Shown here piece by piece: positions 59,216 through 64,000 of a stretch of 64,000 nt of DNA; positions within the stretch are counted from its first letter, which is position 1, and every line of letters begins with the position of its first letter. The notes beneath the pieces were generated by a model, which ran no database searches, was not told the origin of the DNA, and was given only the letters and a program-made list of their open reading frames with translations. The translations under genes and the position numbers were made by a program. This DNA is from a virus (taxonomy: Duplodnaviria > Caudoviricetes), in the IMG/VR virus record IMGVR_UViG_3300031466_000058, positions 25,903-89,902 of that record; one strand, given 5' to 3'.

Positions 59216-59382
59216 GAATATATCTTATATTATTTTAAAACTTACAAGGATAATTTTCGCTAGTGTGTTACTCAATTCGCTCAGGAAACGTGAGTTGGTT
59301 TCGCTTTAAAAATGCTCATGACCTCTTTTTATTCCTACATTAAATATTATATTATTATTATATATTTCTATTAACAATATAT

Positions 59383-60618
59383 CTACATCTTGTCGGCAAT
59401 TTCTGCAATTTTGCTTCTATATATATTTTGCAATTCAATTTCCCCATATATACTCTCTCCACGAAATATCTCTGAAACCCTCTTCATACCATTGTTAGTT
59501 GCATAAACATCTTTATCCACTTGTGCCCAAAAGTCTCCATCTATAATTACCTTAGTATTCTCTGAAATACGCTGTAACCCTAACTTCATCAAATCCGTAG
59601 TTAAATTTTGTGCTTCCAATATCCATACGATAGTTCTCTTTTCACCTGTTTCATATCCACGCAAATCAACAAATGGAAGAATGTCTAGGCGACCTTGAAT
59701 TATCTGTCTTTCGATTTCAATCTCATCGCCAAATTTAGATTTAAGCATTACACCTACAGATGATTGCATTAGTTTCTCTAGCTTGTCTCCTTTATAGAAT
59801 CCCATCTCTTGTGAATCTCTTACAGGAGTTGGGTTGACAAAAACTACTAATCTCTCATATTCTCCACGCTCAATTAAATGCCACGCTGTCTCTAATGCAA
59901 TCTTAGATTTACCACTACCTGCACGACCTCTAATTTGAGTAAGTTGATTATGAAGAATGCTGTCTACAGCCATCATTTGATAAGCGTCTTTTGGCACAAA
60001 CTTGTCGAATTGAGATGTTTTAAAGCTTAAATCAATTTTTCCACTTCTTTTATTTCTTTTTAATGTCTCCATATACTGACCATTCCACTTAAAAATGTCA
60101 AGAATCTTTAAATCATCTGTTACAGCGTCATCGTAAATAACTAAGTATTCATTTACCAACAAGTTATATGTATTTTCGCTCAAATTATTGTAAATCTTCT
60201 CTAATTCACTTTCCACCATAAAATCTTCTTTAAATCCTTTATGTTCAACAAATGTTGATACGTTAGGATTTATAAACTCGATTCCAAACTGTTTACATTT
60301 TCTACGAAGTAACCTATCATTAGTAATGATTCCATAACCCTCATCATATGCAACTTGTAGCAAAATGTTGTCTGTATATTGTGGGTCAAGTTCATCATCT
60401 AAAGTAAACTTGTAATCTTTAATATTTACATAAGCGTTATCATTTTCATCAATCTTATTTTTTAAACGTCTGATTTTCCATTGAAGCGTTCTATCGCTCT
60501 TTCTTGTTAATTCCAGATTTTCAATCTCTCTATTTACATGAGAAGGAATTAAAACATGATACTCGTCTAGTACCTCTGGAAAATCAATTAATGTGTTTGT
60601 ATCTGCAATGTATATCAT
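59383..60618 (-). CDS. phoH: PIN-domain PhoH-family ATPase
   Basis: IADTNTLI...TDNILL...ITND PIN; GRAGSGKS, MGFYKG, LRG, EAQN, DGD..QVD, RSKIA. Confidence 0.9.
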   Translation of the reverse strand: MIYIADTNTLIDFPEVLDEYHVLIPSHVNREIENLELTRKSDRTLQWKIRRLKNKIDENDNAYVNIKDYKFTLDDELDPQYTDNILLQVAYDEGYGIITNDRLLRRKCKQFGIEFINPNVSTFVEHKGFKEDFMVESELEKIYNNLSENTYNLLVNEYLVIYDDAVTDDLKILDIFKWNGQYMETLKRNKRSGKIDLSFKTSQFDKFVPKDAYQMMAVDSILHNQLTQIRGRAGSGKSKIALETAWHLIERGEYERLVVFVNPTPVRDSQEMGFYKGDKLEKLMQSSVGVMLKSKFGDEIEIERQIIQGRLDILPFVDLRGYETGEKRTIVWILEAQNLTTDLMKLGLQRISENTKVIIDGDFWAQVDKDVYATNNGMKRVSEIFRGESIYGEIELQNIYRSKIAEIADKM

Positions 60619-60768
60619 AATATGCTCTCCTTTATTATATTATATTGTAGGTTTGATAAGCTCTTTGCAGGCGTTTACCATTTTTATATCTGTATCTTAC
60701 GGTCTTTTTATTTAATCCGTAATATTATGCTAATTCATTTATCGTGGAAAATTCCTTATCTCCCACTA

Positions 60769-61083
60769 TTACTTACCATCCCTAAGTTTTTCCAACCCTT
60801 CCTTCAAATTTTTAGAAGGCTCTATTCCCACTTTATAATAATCTTTGCTATACATATGTTTACCACTTTGAGGGTTGGCTATTTTCCTACCTTTCGCTTT
60901 ACGAATGTTTAATGTAAATAGTCCTTGTATTTTGACCACTCCGTAAGTTAAAAGCGATTTTAGTAAAAGTTCTATAAAAACCTTTATAATAACTTTTACT
61001 TCATATTGTCGTATTCCCATATCTTTAATACGTTTGTCTTTGGAGACTTTTTTAATTAGTTCTGATAAGTTCAACATATTCAC
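60769..61083 (-). CDS. HU/IHF-like DNA-binding protein
   Basis: LNLSELIKKV...VKIQGLFTL.IRKAKGRKIANPQSG...PSKNLK. Confidence 0.85.
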   Translation of the reverse strand: MNMLNLSELIKKVSKDKRIKDMGIRQYEVKVIIKVFIELLLKSLLTYGVVKIQGLFTLNIRKAKGRKIANPQSGKHMYSKDYYKVGIEPSKNLKEGLEKLRDGK

Positions 61084-61098
61084 TCCTTTGCTTGTAAG

Positions 61099-61389
61099 CT
61101 AGCTTTTCACCAAAATTTTATCATTTTTGATTTCATCATAATTTTGATTGTAAAATTTTATCGTATTATCATTATATAAAACTACTAAAATCTCTTCCAT
61201 ATAGGATTCATTTGTGAAATCATAAACATCTTTTGCTTTGTTATATACTTTATACTCTTCTACGCTATCGTCTATAATGAATATCTTTCCCATAAATTCA
61301 AATTCGTTATCAACATTAACGTAGCACCATTGCGAAGCTTTGGAGTTAGACATTACAGATAAACTTTTTTCTGCTCTGTTATTAGCCAT
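61099..61389 (-). CDS. Hypothetical protein
   Basis: Coupled ORF in operon. Confidence 0.6.
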   Translation of the reverse strand: MANNRAEKSLSVMSNSKASQWCYVNVDNEFEFMGKIFIIDDSVEEYKVYNKAKDVYDFTNESYMEEILVVLYNDNTIKFYNQNYDEIKNDKILVKS

Positions 61390-61391
61390 TA

Positions 61392-61718
61392 CTATCCACC
61401 TCTTACTTCGCCAAATAAATTACTTTTATCTTTTTTGCTTAAACTAGAAAACGGTGTATCTTTTCTGCCACGATATAACCGATTTGTTTTATTTTTTGAC
61501 ATTACCTCTTTATCTTCTTTATTAGCATCCTCATCTTTATGCCATACCAAATAATTAGATAAGGAATCTAAAAAGAACTTCACAGCATTACTATCCCAAC
61601 CGTTCTCAATTTCACTTTTCCATTGTTCAATTAATTCTTCTACAACTCTAACCTTTTCCTCTAAGGTAATATCATCTTTTAGTAAATGTTGTTTACCATT
61701 CGGAAGTTGAATTTTCAC
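61392..61718 (-). CDS. Hypothetical protein
   Basis: GTG start with AAGGGG RBS. Confidence 0.6.
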   Translation of the reverse strand: MKIQLPNGKQHLLKDDITLEEKVRVVEELIEQWKSEIENGWDSNAVKFFLDSLSNYLVWHKDEDANKEDKEVMSKNKTNRLYRGRKDTPFSSLSKKDKSNLFGEVRGG

Positions 61719-61738
61719 TTTTTACGCCCCTTTACATT

Positions 61739-62173
61739 TTAAGTTTCTTTTATATACCCTTGTACCTTCATCGATTCCTTCCAAAGTTTATTGTTGACTT
61801 CAACTATCTTGTCTACCATCCTATCAAATAAGTCGTAAGTAGCACTTTTCTTATATCCTATATCCATATTGCAAATGTCGTGTATTTTATTTCCTTCAAA
61901 TAGTAGCTCTAATAGTTTCATCTGTTTTTGTTTAAAGTCACATAATTTTATAGTAATATCTAAGGAGGAATACAAAGCTATCAATTCTTGATTAAAATCA
62001 AATATGTCTCCTGCCTTTTCAATATCGATATTCGTGTTAGCGTTATAAGATACATCAACTTTGCTTCTGTATAGGATTAGGTATTTTACTACGTTCTTAT
62101 CTGATAGAGTTAAATTTTCGTATTCTCGTTCTTTTCTGCGTACATCTATCGATACAGCACCCAACCCTTTCAC
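61739..62173 (-). CDS. Protein with C-terminal sigma-region-4-like HTH (possible late activator)
   Basis: KQMKLLELLFEGNKIHDIC...KKSATYDLFDRMVDKI; first gene of the - strand arm. Confidence 0.5.
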   Translation of the reverse strand: MKGLGAVSIDVRRKEREYENLTLSDKNVVKYLILYRSKVDVSYNANTNIDIEKAGDIFDFNQELIALYSSLDITIKLCDFKQKQMKLLELLFEGNKIHDICNMDIGYKKSATYDLFDRMVDKIVEVNNKLWKESMKVQGYIKET

Positions 62174-62222
62174 CTCTTTCTGTTGTATATAGGGTTACTA
62201 TTTTTATCTAACCCCTATCTTT

Positions 62223-62326
62223 ATTATATCATTATTTGTTACATTTGTCAAAAAAAACACACTATATAGAGGAAGTAATTCGATTTAATAATTTTTCTTG
62301 ACAAACATTTCTGTTAGTATTATAAT
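62223..62326. promoter_or_regulatory. Divergent sigma-A promoter pair
   Basis: - strand TTGACA(62251)-N17-TATAAT(62228); + strand TTGACA(62298)-N17-TATAAT(62321). Confidence 0.8.
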
Positions 62327-62372
62327 GTAATTAGATGTTTGGCAACAGAAACGGTAAAGGGGATGATAATAA

Positions 62373-63209
62373 ATGACATATATGATTAAACATTTTGAAA
62401 ACATACAATATCTGTATGGGAATGACGCTTATGTACAAATTCCAAATGATATTTTCAGAGACTTGTCCAGAAATATCAAAAATAAAAACGGAGGCACTAA
62501 CATTCAACAATCATCATTTGCTTATGCGTACATAGTTTGTGTAAGCTTTCTATATAAGTATGCACAGTTTGTAGATGTTAATAATGGAACGTACTTGCAG
62601 AACGCAGATATAAAGCAGATATTAGGATATAGTAAATCGACAAAATCAATCGACCACATAATAAAAAAGGATGGTATACTAGAAAAAATTGGATTATTAA
62701 AGACAATTAAAGATTATCCTATTTCTGTTGTGTATAGTGAAGATGAATACAATAATGTCAAGATAAGAGAGTTTATAACTTTAAATATGATAAATAAAAA
62801 TCTCCCTATCTATAAAAAAATTAAAAGCATTGTCAAAAACAGAAATTACGAAGTTAAAGAGCCTAGTTTCATGTTTGAATATAATGGAGAGGTTGGTAGC
62901 TTATATGATTATTCAAACACACATAAAGTTACCATAAAAGAGTTTATCAAACTTGTCTATGACAGCCAACTGGACAATATCGATTTAATGTTATATTTCT
63001 TTTTCAAATCAAGATGTTACAATTTAAATAAAAGAAACACGAAGTCAATACCTCTTTTACAAATTGTAAATAATATTGGTATTGGAAAAGATACTTTCTA
63101 CTCTCATCTCAAAGTAATTAAAGATAAAAAATTATTGTTAGTAAATCATAAAGGATGGGCTAATGATGGTGAAGGAGAATCAAACGAGTATTGCTTTATA
63201 GGCGTTTGA
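62373..63209 (+). CDS. Hypothetical protein with winged-helix-like segments (possible replication initiator)
   Basis: QIPNDIF start, IKQILGYS HTH-like, C-terminal IVNNIGIGKDTFYSHL..I.DKKLL...SNEY; followed by AT-rich inverted repeat. Confidence 0.5.
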   Translation: MTYMIKHFENIQYLYGNDAYVQIPNDIFRDLSRNIKNKNGGTNIQQSSFAYAYIVCVSFLYKYAQFVDVNNGTYLQNADIKQILGYSKSTKSIDHIIKKDGILEKIGLLKTIKDYPISVVYSEDEYNNVKIREFITLNMINKNLPIYKKIKSIVKNRNYEVKEPSFMFEYNGEVGSLYDYSNTHKVTIKEFIKLVYDSQLDNIDLMLYFFFKSRCYNLNKRNTKSIPLLQIVNNIGIGKDTFYSHLKVIKDKKLLLVNHKGWANDGEGESNEYCFIGV

Positions 63210-63241
63210 TTTTTATTTTTAATTTTTTTAGGTGGTTGCTC

Positions 63242-63353
63242 AAACCGACAATTAACAATATATAATATATATATACATATATATAATACAATATGATTAG
63301 TAATATTAATATTATTATATATAATACTATTATATATTGTTAATTGTCGGTTT
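63242..63353. repeat. Perfect 26-bp inverted repeat around 60-bp AT-rich spacer
   Basis: AAACCGACAATTAACAATATATAATA (63242-63267) / TATTATATATTGTTAATTGTCGGTTT (63328-63353). Confidence 0.9.
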
Positions 63354-63402
63354 AGACAACCTGCTAAAAATATAAAAGAAAAAACCTGCTAAAATGGCAG
63401 GC

Positions 63403-63543
63403 TTAAACAACTTCTTTTTTATTCAACTCTTCTTGTAAAAACTCTACACACATAATGATTGTATCTAAGTCATCATCTATTTTCGAATCCTTTACATTCG
63501 AGATGATATTCACTATTTCCTTCCATGCATTTTCATAACTCAT
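63403..63543 (-). CDS. Small hypothetical protein (46 aa)
   Basis: AAAGGAG RBS; MSYENAWKEIVNIISNVKD...EVV*. Confidence 0.5.
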   Translation of the reverse strand: MSYENAWKEIVNIISNVKDSKIDDDLDTIIMCVEFLQEELNKKEVV

Positions 63544-63639
63544 TGATGTAGCACTCCTTTCATGTTGTTTAATACATTATATGTTATCGATTCAAAAAGA
63601 TGACTAATTTTTATAAAAATTTTTAAATTAAATATATAT

Positions 63640-63668
63640 TTGACAAAAACATATATGTATGCTATAAT
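63640..63668 (+). promoter_or_regulatory. Sigma-A promoter
   Basis: TTGACA-N17-TATAAT with TG. Confidence 0.75.
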
Positions 63669-63704
63669 AAAATTATAATGATACTTGAAGAGGGGATGAT
63701 ATTA

Positions 63705-64000
63705 ATGGCAGCAAACGAAAAGGTTATTCAATTTAACTCTAAAGACGACAAGAATGTTTGGAATTGCATAAACACATTTTTAACTCGTACAGAACAAAAT
63801 AGTCCAAATACAAGAGAGACTTATGAAAGAGCAATTCGTGATTTTTTTAGAACGATGAGAAATAAAGAGTTAGAAAATCTTGTTGAGAGCGACTTAATTT
63901 TTACAAAACCTCAAATCGAAACTTATCAAACTAATTTAAAAAAGCATTACAAATCAGCTACTGTAAATAATAAAATTTCTGCATTAAAGAAATGCTATAT
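63705..64000 (+). CDS. Tyrosine recombinase/integrase N-terminal (core-binding) domain, 3'-truncated by window
   Basis: MAANEKV...FL....SPNTRETYERAIRDFF...YKSATVNNKISALKKCY. Confidence 0.75.
   Translation, partial: MAANEKVIQFNSKDDKNVWNCINTFLTRTEQNSPNTRETYERAIRDFFRTMRNKELENLVESDLIFTKPQIETYQTNLKKHYKSATVNNKISALKKCY

Noticed and set aside
1028-60912. Many short ORF-track entries antisense to or nested in long genes (e.g. 8712..9125, 32886..33209, 53992..54369, 57858..58148)
   Set aside because: Shadow ORFs with no RBS and composition mirroring the real gene on the other strand

Overview
AT-rich 64 kb segment of a large SPbeta-like temperate siphophage (or prophage) of a Bacillaceae host. The + strand arm (1-13.1 kb) holds the 3' end of an IS200/IS605 tnpB element, a GIY-YIG endonuclease, nucleotide-metabolism genes (thyA, DHFR, HD hydrolase, thymidine kinase), ClpP, a DnaE polymerase and a RuvC-like resolvase. 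The - strand arm (13.2-62.2 kb) holds lysis, tail, a 3140-aa tape measure, a tyrosine recombinase, head and packaging genes, and accessory genes (metallophosphoesterase, DUF2828/TROVE-like VWA protein, PIN-PhoH, HU). The right end has a possible replication initiator, a long inverted repeat and the start of an integrase. The most striking signal is a ~1 kb non-coding cluster (57070-58090) directly upstream of the Ro60/TROVE-like VWA gene. It contains four short units, each closed by a covarying 7-9 bp terminal stem with a conserved ACAGC motif, plus tRNA-like folds and its own sigma-A promoters, suggesting a phage-encoded Ro-like protein/small-RNA array system. Other oddities: a 5-nt stop-containing interruption of the terminase large subunit, an HNH-type endonuclease fused in-frame inside ThyA without splicing signals, a LysM domain inside a head-tail adaptor, and a Prp-type LQFFA cleavage motif on a YonK-like protein. 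All product calls come from motif recognition, not database searches.
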